From assembly GCA_041653955.1 (NCBI GenBank), contig JBAZEH010000006.1, positions 764 to 64,582 of the forward strand: a stretch of 63,819 bases of DNA, in the 5' to 3' direction. This DNA comes from Candidatus Omnitrophota bacterium (GTDB lineage Bacteria > Omnitrophota > Gorgyraeia > Gygaellales > Profunditerraquicolaceae). Made by a program: the position numbers and the translations under genes. Under the pieces are notes generated by a model that was not told the origin of the DNA, searched no databases, and was given only the letters and a program-made list of their open reading frames with translations. Of the stretch, positions 41,367 to 49,397 are shown one piece after another (position 1 is the first letter of the stretch; each line of letters opens with the position of its first letter).

Positions 41367-42185
41367 ATGGATGAACAAGATCTGACAAAACAGGAAAAAC
41401 GGCTTAAAGAGAGGATATTTAAAATAAGGTATCCTTTGATCGTTATGAGCGGCAAGGGAGGCGTGGGTAAGTCAACGGTGGCGGTAAATCTCGCGTATGC
41501 ATTGTCTTTGGACGGTAAAAGAGTCGGGATATTGGATATTGATCTACACGGGCCTAATATTGCCAAGATGCTTGGTATTGAAAAACATTCGCTTTATGGC
41601 TTTGAGTCCGGGATCCAGCCGGTTGAGGTATCTGATAATTTGAAAGCCGTGAGTGTTGCGCTGTCCGGGTGTGATTCTAATGAGCCGATTATCTGGCGCG
41701 GGCCCATGAAAGCGGCAGTTATAAAACAATTCCTGGCCGATGTGAATTGGGGAGAATTAGATTACCTGGTTATAGATTCTCCGCCGGGTACGGGAGATGA
41801 GCCGTTAAGCGCCTGTCAGTTGATCCCTAATGTCTCCGGGGCCATTATAGTAACTACGCCTCAGGATGTAGCGGTTTTAGACGCGCGTAAAAGCGTTAAA
41901 TTTGCCAAAGAATTAAATATTCCGGTTGTCGGCGTGATTGAAAATATGAGTGGTTTTACATGCCCGCGCTGCGGCAATGAGGTAGATATTTTTAAACGGG
42001 GAGGCGGAGAAAGGGCGGCGGAAGAATTACAGGTTCCATTTTTAGGGAGGGTGCCTTTCCAGCCGGAATTTGTGGAATATTCGGATAAGGGCACTCCTTT
42101 TATGTCTTTTAAGAATAAATCAAAATCCGCCGAAGCGTTTATGGAGATTGTAGTTAAAATAAAAGAATTCGTCGGTGATAAATAA
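41367..42185 (+). CDS. Mrp/ApbC/NBP35-family Fe-S cluster carrier ATPase
   Basis: SGKGGVGKSTVAVNLA, DSPPGTGDE, and CPRCG after ENMSGF. Confidence 0.9.
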   Translation: MDEQDLTKQEKRLKERIFKIRYPLIVMSGKGGVGKSTVAVNLAYALSLDGKRVGILDIDLHGPNIAKMLGIEKHSLYGFESGIQPVEVSDNLKAVSVALSGCDSNEPIIWRGPMKAAVIKQFLADVNWGELDYLVIDSPPGTGDEPLSACQLIPNVSGAIIVTTPQDVAVLDARKSVKFAKELNIPVVGVIENMSGFTCPRCGNEVDIFKRGGGERAAEELQVPFLGRVPFQPEFVEYSDKGTPFMSFKNKSKSAEAFMEIVVKIKEFVGDK

Positions 42186-42985
42186 TGGAGACGGTATTTA
42201 AATATATTTATGGTCCTGTTCCATCATGGAGGCTAGGGAGCTCTATGGGGATAGATCTGCTCTCACAGGATGAAAAAGTCTGTAATTTTGATTGCGTTTA
42301 TTGCCAGATAGGGCCGACTAAGAATTATACATCCGAAAGAAAGATTTATATCCCGGTTGGGGATGTTATTGAAGAATTAAAGAAATTGCCAGATACACGC
42401 ATAGATTATTTTACTTTTTCCGGCAGGGGGGAGCCTGCCCTGGCAGCTAATTTAGGCGAAGCGATAAAAGCGGTAAAGTTGCTGCGCAAGGGGCCGGTGG
42501 CGGTTTTAACGAACAGCTCTTTGATGGCGCAGGATGAAGTAAGAAAAGAGCTTATCCTGGCGGATTTTGTTGTTGCCAAGCTGGATGCCTGTTCCGCGGA
42601 GTCCTTGCAGGGTATTAACAGGAGCGCCGAGGGCGTAGAGTTTGCAGATATCTTGGACGGCATAAAGAAATTCAGGAATGATTACGTTGGGCGGATGGCG
42701 TTGCAGATAATGTTTATTGAGGATAATAAAAATGAAGTTAATAAGTTGATTTATCTGGCAAATTATATCAAGCCGGATGAGGTCCAGATCAATACGCCGT
42801 TAAGAAGATGCGATATTGACCCGCTGTCAAAAGAAACGATCTTAAAGATAAAGGCGAACTTTGCCTCTTCCCTCAAGACGGTTGACGTAGTTTCCGTTTA
42901 TGACGATAAGGCGTTACAGGATATAGTTCCTATCAGTGATGGGGACACCTTAAAAAGAAGAGGCAAAAGATATAAAAAAATATGA
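42185..42985 (+). CDS. Radical SAM protein
   Basis: YGPVPSWRLGSSMGIDL followed by the CNFDCVYCQ (CxxxCxxC) motif. Confidence 0.8.
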   Translation: METVFKYIYGPVPSWRLGSSMGIDLLSQDEKVCNFDCVYCQIGPTKNYTSERKIYIPVGDVIEELKKLPDTRIDYFTFSGRGEPALAANLGEAIKAVKLLRKGPVAVLTNSSLMAQDEVRKELILADFVVAKLDACSAESLQGINRSAEGVEFADILDGIKKFRNDYVGRMALQIMFIEDNKNEVNKLIYLANYIKPDEVQINTPLRRCDIDPLSKETILKIKANFASSLKTVDVVSVYDDKALQDIVPISDGDTLKRRGKRYKKI

Positions 42986-43401
42986 TAGAAAAAACTATTT
43001 ATTATCATGATACTGACGCGATAGGGATCGCGTATTACAGCGCGTATTTGAAGATCCTTGAAGAAGGCAGAACTCATTTTTTCCAATCAAGAGGGTTATC
43101 GGTAAAGGGCCTGCACGAGCAGGGTACTTTCTTTGTTATCAAGGAATTAAACGTTAAATATAAAAGCCCCGCAAGATTTGGGTATATTGTCATATGCGAT
43201 TCTATTGTCAGTAAAATCACGGAAGCGCAAATATTTTTTTCGCAGAAAATATACAACAAAGAAGATAATAGCATTTTAGCAACCGCGGAAATAACTTTAG
43301 TTATTACGGATAAATATTGCCATCCTATCGCGATCCCCGAAACTGTCAGGGCAATATCCGGGGCGCGGAGCCCGAAGGGGAAAAATCCGGTAGTGGCATA
43401 A
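42982..43401 (+). CDS. Acyl-CoA thioesterase, YbgC/4HBT hotdog family
   Basis: YYHDTDAIGIAYYSAYLKILEEGRTHFF, typical of the 4HBT active-site region. ATGA overlap with the upstream gene. Confidence 0.75.
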   Translation: MIEKTIYYHDTDAIGIAYYSAYLKILEEGRTHFFQSRGLSVKGLHEQGTFFVIKELNVKYKSPARFGYIVICDSIVSKITEAQIFFSQKIYNKEDNSILATAEITLVITDKYCHPIAIPETVRAISGARSPKGKNPVVA

Positions 43402-43432
43402 ACCGCAGGCTATTTCATCAAATGATAAGGCT

Positions 43433-44332
43433 ATGAAAACTTATTTGGATTGTGTGCCTTGTTTTTTCAGACAAGCGCTTGAGGGCGCGCGGATCGTTAA
43501 AGCGTCCCCAAAACAACAGAAACAGATTATAGATGATTTTGCCAGAAAAATACCGAAAATTTCTCTTCAATCCAGCCCTCCTGAAATAGCCAGGCTTGGG
43601 TACGCTCTTTTAAAAAATATAAGCCCCGGCGGAGACCCTTATAAAGATATAAAGCAAAAAAGCAACCGCATAGCCTTACGGTTATTGGGAAAGCTGCGGG
43701 ATAAGGTCGGCCGTTCCAGGGACAGGTTATTGACGGCGCTGGAATTAGCCATAGCAGGCAATATCATAGATTTCGGCGTTAAGAATAATTTGGATATAAA
43801 AGCGGAGTTAAAAAGGATACTCGCGCAAGAAGATAAAAATATCCATCAAGAATCCATATTTCATTATGCGGGATTCAGGCGGGCATTAAAAAAAGCAAGA
43901 AATATCTTATATCTGGCCGATAATGCCGGAGAGGTAGTATTTGACCGGGTTTTAATAGAAGAGATCAAAATGGAGTATCCGGATAAAGAGATTTATTACG
44001 CCGTTAAGGCAAGGCCTGTGATAAACGATGCGTTATTTGAAGACGCGAAAGCCTGCGGGATTGATAAGGCGGCACGGGTTATATCTAACGGCACGGGAGC
44101 CCCGGGGACAATACTTACCTTATGTTCCAGAAAGTTTAAGAGGATCTACAGGAGCGCTGATATGATAATCAGTAAGGGGCAGGGTAATTTTGAGTCTTTA
44201 TCGCAAGAAAAAAGGCCTATTTTTTTCTTATTTATGGTGAAATGCCCTGTGGTAGCTAAAGAGACCGGCTGTAAAATCGGGAATATAGTGTTATTTTATA
44301 ATTTAAAAAATAATGGGGACACTAAGAATTAG
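43433..44332 (+). CDS. DUF89 (ARMT1-like damage-control phosphatase) family protein
   Basis: N-terminal LDCVPCFFRQAL, DNAGEVVFD and KGQGNFE motifs. Confidence 0.75.
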   Translation: MKTYLDCVPCFFRQALEGARIVKASPKQQKQIIDDFARKIPKISLQSSPPEIARLGYALLKNISPGGDPYKDIKQKSNRIALRLLGKLRDKVGRSRDRLLTALELAIAGNIIDFGVKNNLDIKAELKRILAQEDKNIHQESIFHYAGFRRALKKARNILYLADNAGEVVFDRVLIEEIKMEYPDKEIYYAVKARPVINDALFEDAKACGIDKAARVISNGTGAPGTILTLCSRKFKRIYRSADMIISKGQGNFESLSQEKRPIFFLFMVKCPVVAKETGCKIGNIVLFYNLKNNGDTKN

Positions 44333-44756
44333 CGAATATCCTGATCCTGTTTTGAGGAATAAAAACGCCTCAATAGAGCGGATCACTGAAAGTGAAATAA
44401 AGCTATTTGAAGAAATGCTGTTTACTATGCGGCATTTTGCGGGAATAGGCTTAGCCGCTCCCCAGGTCGGCATCGCCAGAAAATTGATAGTTGCGGATAT
44501 CGGGGAAGGAGCGGTCAGGCTGGCCAATCCGGTAATCCTTAAGAATAAAGGATCGGATAAAATGGAAGAAGGCTGTTTGAGCATCCCGGGAATAGGTGTT
44601 GTTATAGAGAGGCCGGATGAAGTTATTGTAAGCGGATTAAATGAAGAAGGCAGGGTTATTGAATTCAAGGCGCAGGGGCTTTTCGCAAGAGTACTGCAGC
44701 ATGAAATAGACCACCTGAACGGTAAGTTGATCATAGATTACCGGATCCTGCTATGA
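44313..44756 (+). CDS. def: Peptide deformylase
   Basis: YPDPVLR, GIGLAAPQVG, EGCLSIPG and QHEIDHLNG motifs. Confidence 0.92.
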   Translation: MGTLRISEYPDPVLRNKNASIERITESEIKLFEEMLFTMRHFAGIGLAAPQVGIARKLIVADIGEGAVRLANPVILKNKGSDKMEEGCLSIPGIGVVIERPDEVIVSGLNEEGRVIEFKAQGLFARVLQHEIDHLNGKLIIDYRILL

Positions 44757-44792
44757 AATCTTAAAATTAAGCTTTTACATTCCCCCTAAGAA

Positions 44793-45230
44793 ATGAAATT
44801 AGTCACAAGGAATATACATTATGCTGTTAAATCGCTTATTTATTTTTCCGAGCGCCCCGGTCAAGTGATTACTGTAAGCGAATTGGTAAAAAAACTTAAG
44901 ATGCGCAGGGCTTTTTTAAGAAGGATCCTGCAGGCCTTAAGTAAGCGGGGGATACTTAAATCGTTAAAAGGCCCCAGTGGCGGTTTTATGTTGAATGCCC
45001 CTGCGGATAGGATACGTGTTATAGATATAGTGAGTGTTTTTCGTAATGATATGGATATCTTTGACTGCCTATTTGAGAAAGATATTTGTCCCCGGCCCGG
45101 CCGGTGCCCGTTAATGCGGGAGATGATCGCTATAGAAAAACAATTAAACAGCGTATTAACCCGGCTTACGATAAAAAAATTGCTAAATAGCGTGAATAAG
45201 CAAATTAGACAAGGCGGGATGAATAAATGA
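44793..45230 (+). CDS. Rrf2-family transcriptional regulator
   Basis: N-terminal wHTH (YAVKSLIYF..., LSKRGILKSLKGPSGGF) and three Cys in ...DCLFEKDICPRPGRCPL. Confidence 0.8.
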   Translation: MKLVTRNIHYAVKSLIYFSERPGQVITVSELVKKLKMRRAFLRRILQALSKRGILKSLKGPSGGFMLNAPADRIRVIDIVSVFRNDMDIFDCLFEKDICPRPGRCPLMREMIAIEKQLNSVLTRLTIKKLLNSVNKQIRQGGMNK

Positions 45231-45940
45231 AAATAAAAATACTTTTTGACAAGGTTTCTTTGGATCAAAAACTCCGTACCGGCTGGGGGGTTTCTTTCCT
45301 GATAGATGATAAAATACTATTCGATACCGGAGAAAAAGGGGAGTGGTTGCTTGAAAATATGCGGCTCTTGGGAATTGATATAAATAAAATTGAAGCTGTT
45401 GTGATTTCCCATGACCACTGGGATCATTGGGGAGGGCTGTGGGATCTATTACAGCATAAAAAAGGCATGCGTGTGTATATTTGCCCTAATTTTGGCCGGG
45501 TATTTAAAGATAAAACCAAAGAATCCGGAGCCGGCCTGATAGAGGCAGAGAGATTAACGCAGATAGCCCCAGGCATATTTTCTACAGGCGAGATCGCCGG
45601 AGCCTACCACGGTAAATATATGGCCGAACAGGCGGTTGTATTAAAGACGGTAAACGGCCTTACGATAATCACAGGATGCGCCCATCCCGGGATACTGAAA
45701 ATAGTTGAGAAGGTGAAAGCCAAGTTTTCCAATGAGCCGGTTTATCTGGTCCTGGGAGGATTCCATCTGATGGAATCTGATAAACGGGCGATAGAGATAA
45801 TAGCTGAAAGTTTTAAGAAGATGGGTATAATGAAAGTTGGGCCTACGCATTGTTCAGGAGAAGCCGCAGAGGAGATCTTCAGGAAATATTATAAAGGTGA
45901 TTTTGTGCCGGTTAAAACCGGGCAGGAAATAGAGTTTTAG
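45227..45940 (+). CDS. MBL-fold metallo-hydrolase
   Basis: ISHDHWDHWGG (HxHxDH) motif. ATGA overlap with the Rrf2 gene. Confidence 0.8.
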   Translation: MKIKILFDKVSLDQKLRTGWGVSFLIDDKILFDTGEKGEWLLENMRLLGIDINKIEAVVISHDHWDHWGGLWDLLQHKKGMRVYICPNFGRVFKDKTKESGAGLIEAERLTQIAPGIFSTGEIAGAYHGKYMAEQAVVLKTVNGLTIITGCAHPGILKIVEKVKAKFSNEPVYLVLGGFHLMESDKRAIEIIAESFKKMGIMKVGPTHCSGEAAEEIFRKYYKGDFVPVKTGQEIEF

Positions 45941-45944
45941 TATA

Positions 45945-46604
45945 ATGACAGGAGATATCCTAAGGGAACTAAAGAAGCACGCTCCTTTTACGATATTCGG
46001 CGCGGTCACCGGGATACTTATTATGGCGCTTTCATTCGGGCTTTCTCCCGAGGTATCGTATAATATTTTTTATGTGCTCCATCCTTTGCATGTGTTTTTA
46101 AGCGCTTTAGTAACCGCGGCTGTGTATAGGCTCCATACGTGCCCACATATAAGAAGCAGTTGCATAAAAGGTCAATGTAATTTTTGGGCCCTGGCAATAA
46201 TAGGTTATTTCGGCTCCGTAGGTATTGCTACTATAAGCGATTCATTGATACCTTACTTAGCCGAAATTATGCTCGGTATGCCTAACAGAGGAGTCCACCT
46301 GGGTTTTATAGAGAAATGGTGGTTGGTCAATCCTCTGGCAATTATGGGGATAGCGGCAGCTTATTATAGGCCAGCGACAAAGTTCCCTCATAGTTTGCAT
46401 GTATTGTTAAGCACGTGGGCGTCTTTATTCCATATCCTGATGGCTAAAGCCGCAAATTTAAGCTTTATTGCTTACGCGGTTATTTTTATATTTTTATTCC
46501 TTGCTGTTTGGCTGCCCTGTTGCATAAGCGATATAGCATTTCCCTTGTTGTTTGTGAGAGACGAGAAGATAAATACGCGCGTTCCCTTGAAAATGAAGGA
46601 TTAA
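45945..46604 (+). CDS. Integral membrane protein with conserved His residues (function unknown, possibly metal transport)
   Basis: About 6 hydrophobic segments with several His in or near TM segments. No confident family match by eye. Confidence 0.5.
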   Translation: MTGDILRELKKHAPFTIFGAVTGILIMALSFGLSPEVSYNIFYVLHPLHVFLSALVTAAVYRLHTCPHIRSSCIKGQCNFWALAIIGYFGSVGIATISDSLIPYLAEIMLGMPNRGVHLGFIEKWWLVNPLAIMGIAAAYYRPATKFPHSLHVLLSTWASLFHILMAKAANLSFIAYAVIFIFLFLAVWLPCCISDIAFPLLFVRDEKINTRVPLKMKD

Positions 46605-46637
46605 AGACGCGGTAATTAAGATGGGCGGGGAGAACTT

Positions 46638-46961
46638 ATGAAAAGAAATACTCCTTTCGTTAAGACGCTTAAGAGCGCAAGGCAGTTTAAGCGCTTATTT
46701 GGCAATTCCGGAAAGAAGAAGGGCCTATCTTCAGGGCTGGTATCCCTTAAAAAGGGGCGTTCCGTAGGGACACATAATACAGGCAGGAAAGAAGAGATCC
46801 TGGTTATCTTGCAGGGTAAGGCGCGGGTTGTTATCGCAGGCAGGCGTTTTATTTTAAGGAGCGGTAAGATCCTATATATCCCCCCTGATACTTTACATAA
46901 TGTAGAGAATATGGCTGCGCGGACGCTTAAGTACCTGTATTTTACAGCAGTTGTCATATGA
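46638..46961 (+). CDS. Cupin-domain protein
   Basis: GTHNTGRKEEILVILQG....YIPPDTLHNVEN matches the two cupin motifs. Confidence 0.7.
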   Translation: MKRNTPFVKTLKSARQFKRLFGNSGKKKGLSSGLVSLKKGRSVGTHNTGRKEEILVILQGKARVVIAGRRFILRSGKILYIPPDTLHNVENMAARTLKYLYFTAVVI

Positions 46962-46970
46962 AAGGACACT

Positions 46971-47342
46971 ATGCATGAGATAAGGTTTGCTAATGAGATA
47001 TTATCAGTTTTAAAAGAAAAGCTGGATAAGGATTCCGTTTCAGGCGAGGTTGTGGTTAACGCGCGTTTAAGCCCTTTTAGCCATGTTACTGCCGAATGTT
47101 TGCAGGGTTCTTTTAAAGAGCTTGCCGGGGGAGGGGGCTTTGAGAGCGTGCGGCTTAAAATCATGCCCCTTGAGATTTTATTGGAGTGTAAAGATTGCAA
47201 GCGAACTGCACGGATCACCAAGAAAGTATTCGGTTGCCCTTCTTGCGGCAGCTCTGAAGTTGATATCCGCATGGAGAGGGAATTTTTTGTTGAGTCCATA
47301 GAAATCGAGAATAAAGAGAAAGGGGTAGAAAATGGGGATTAA
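46971..47342 (+). CDS. hypA: Hydrogenase nickel-incorporation protein HypA
   Basis: MHE N-terminus (Ni site) and zinc motif CKDC...CPSCG. Confidence 0.85.
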   Translation: MHEIRFANEILSVLKEKLDKDSVSGEVVVNARLSPFSHVTAECLQGSFKELAGGGGFESVRLKIMPLEILLECKDCKRTARITKKVFGCPSCGSSEVDIRMEREFFVESIEIENKEKGVENGD

Positions 47343-47649
47343 TATAAACGACGACAATTTCAAAAAAGAGGTATTGGAAGAAAACCTGCCTGTTTTGGTG
47401 GATTTCTGGGCTGTGTGGTGCGGCCCCTGCCTTAGGCTCGCGCCGGTGATCGATGAGATCGCCAGGGAGTATAAGGGGAGATTGAAGATCTGCAAATTAA
47501 ACGTCGATGATGCCCCCGGGATAGCTGCCAGTTATGAGATAATGAGCATACCTACGGTAGCGATCTTTAAGAACGGGGAAATTGTAGATAAATTTATCGG
47601 GGCGCTTCCGAAAGAAGAAATTGAGGCGGTGATCAAGAAACAGATTTAA
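47332..47649 (+). CDS. trxA: Thioredoxin
   Basis: VDFWAVWCGPC active site, 105 aa. Confidence 0.9.
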   Translation: MGININDDNFKKEVLEENLPVLVDFWAVWCGPCLRLAPVIDEIAREYKGRLKICKLNVDDAPGIAASYEIMSIPTVAIFKNGEIVDKFIGALPKEEIEAVIKKQI

Positions 47650-47666
47650 GCGATAGGGGGCGTATT

Positions 47667-47984
47667 ATGATCAATTTCAAGCGGATCGATGAAGCCAGGA
47701 AGCTGCTAGGTTTAGCGGAAGAGGCAAGCATAGAAGAGGTTAAAGAAGCCTTCCGGGCCTTAACCCTTAAATATCATCCTGACAGATGCGGCAAGAAAGA
47801 AAAGAAGCAGTGCGAAGATATGCTTAAGAAGATAAACCACGCGAAGGATATTATAGGCGAGTATTGTGCCAATTACCGTTATTCCTTTAAGGAGCAGGAT
47901 GTCAAGAAGAATGCCATATCCAGAGAAGAATACAGGCATCTTAAGAGGTTTTTTGACGGCTGGTTCGGAGACCTTTGCCTATGA
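47667..47984 (+). CDS. J-domain-only protein
   Basis: LKYHPDR (HPD motif) inside a 70-aa J-domain. No Gly/Phe or zinc-finger regions. Confidence 0.75.
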   Translation: MINFKRIDEARKLLGLAEEASIEEVKEAFRALTLKYHPDRCGKKEKKQCEDMLKKINHAKDIIGEYCANYRYSFKEQDVKKNAISREEYRHLKRFFDGWFGDLCL

Positions 47985-48601
47985 AGAGTTTGTTTGATCG
48001 TTATTATAAAAAATACGATTCCTGGTATGATAAAAATAAGTTTGCCTATTTGTCGGAACTAAAGGCAATAAAAAATATATTGCCTAAAAAAGCTAAAATC
48101 CTGGAGATCGGAGTGGGTACAGGCAGGTTTGCCGCGCCTTTAAAGATCGGATATGGGGTAGACCCTTCTAAGAAGATGCTGCGATTTGCCAGGAAGAGGG
48201 GGATAAAAACGAAGCTGGGCTTTGGAGAAAAGCTGCCCTTTGGCAGCTCTTTTTTTGACTGTGTTGTTATTATCATCACCATATGTTTCGTTAATGACCC
48301 CGCTTTGGTGCTCCGGGAGGCAAGAAGGGTTTTAAATAAAAACGGGAAGATCATCATAGGCATAATAGATAAAGAGAGTTTTTTAGGAGATTTTTACAAA
48401 AGGAAGAAAAGTGTATTTTACCGCCAGGCGCATTTTTTTAGCGTAAAAGAGATATCGGGATTGCTCCGGGATGCCGGGTTTAAAAGGCTTTCTTATTCAC
48501 AGACATTATTTTCTATGCCGGAAGATATTATTTCCATTGAAAAACCGTTAAGAGGATTTGGCAAGGGGGGATTCGTTATAGTCCGGGGGAGGGCAAAATG
48601 A
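47981..48601 (+). CDS. Class I SAM-dependent methyltransferase
   Basis: ILEIGVGTGRFA motif I. ATG overlaps the upstream stop (ATGA). Confidence 0.75.
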   Translation: MKSLFDRYYKKYDSWYDKNKFAYLSELKAIKNILPKKAKILEIGVGTGRFAAPLKIGYGVDPSKKMLRFARKRGIKTKLGFGEKLPFGSSFFDCVVIIITICFVNDPALVLREARRVLNKNGKIIIGIIDKESFLGDFYKRKKSVFYRQAHFFSVKEISGLLRDAGFKRLSYSQTLFSMPEDIISIEKPLRGFGKGGFVIVRGRAK

Positions 48602-48918
48602 TAATAGGGGTTATTATATCAACCAATGACGCGGAGACCTGCTGGAACGCCCTTAGATACTCAAATTTCTGTCTTGGGCAAAAGGATGAAACAAGAGTAT
48701 TTTTTATGGGCAAGGGCGTTGAGTATCAGAATATAAGCACGGATAAATTCAATACGATCGAGCAGGCGGATGAATTTTTAAGATCCGGCGGTAAAATTTA
48801 CGCCTGTGGTTCTTGTATCAGGTCCCGGGAGCAGGAAAGTTCGGTTATGTGTCCGATTTCCACTATGAAGGATATGTACGAAATTATCAAGGAAAGCGAT
48901 AGGGTTGTCACCTTTTAA
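48598..48918 (+). CDS. DsrE/DsrF-like family protein
   Basis: Small alpha/beta protein with KIYACGSC near the conserved Cys position. Confidence 0.6.
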   Translation: MIIGVIISTNDAETCWNALRYSNFCLGQKDETRVFFMGKGVEYQNISTDKFNTIEQADEFLRSGGKIYACGSCIRSREQESSVMCPISTMKDMYEIIKESDRVVTF

Positions 48919-48919
48919 T

Positions 48920-49396
48920 ATGAAACGAGAGATCAAATTTAAACCTATAGGGATAATCCGGACACCGTATAAAGACCCCGGAAGCGTTCCCATCCAGGGG
49001 AAGTTTGGAAAAGGTGCGAAAGGGATAATAGAGATATTCCCGGAATATAAAAAAGGGCTTAAGGATATTGAAGGGTTTTCGCACCTTATTTTAATTTATT
49101 ATTTTGATCGTTCAGGAAAAGAGTCGCTTATCGGGAAACCGTTTCTTGAAGACAGGGAACGCGGCATATTCGCGATAAGGAGCCCTCATCGGCCAAATCA
49201 TATCGGGTTTACAATCGTGAAACTGGAAAAGGTCGCAGGCAGTAATATTATTTTCTCTGAAGTCGATATGCTTGATGGTACCCCGTTATTGGATATTAAG
49301 CCTTACGTGCAGCATTTTGATTCAAGAAAATACGTAAAGAGCGGCTGGATCGAAAAGCATTATAAAAGAAGCAGATCCCGCAAAGAGGCGCTTTGA
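48920..49396 (+). CDS. trmO: tRNA (t6A37) methyltransferase TrmO (TsaA/YaeB family)
   Basis: PIGIIRTPY, FSHLILIYYF, RSPHRPNHIG and GTPLLDIKPY motifs. Confidence 0.85.
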   Translation: MKREIKFKPIGIIRTPYKDPGSVPIQGKFGKGAKGIIEIFPEYKKGLKDIEGFSHLILIYYFDRSGKESLIGKPFLEDRERGIFAIRSPHRPNHIGFTIVKLEKVAGSNIIFSEVDMLDGTPLLDIKPYVQHFDSRKYVKSGWIEKHYKRSRSRKEAL

Positions 49397-49397
49397 G

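Noticed and set aside
32193-44756. Encapsulin shell gene accompanying the EncFtn-like gene
   Set aside because: None of the ORFs in the array, or elsewhere in the window, has the size and character of an HK97-fold shell protein. All neighbours have other recognisable motifs.
46616-47299. 227-aa minus-strand ORF
   Set aside because: Its translation is compositionally biased (Ser/Leu/Thr/Pro/Lys-rich) and motif-free. It is fully overlapped by + strand ORFs with clear cupin and HypA (MHE, CxxC...CxxC) signatures, so it is an antisense shadow ORF.
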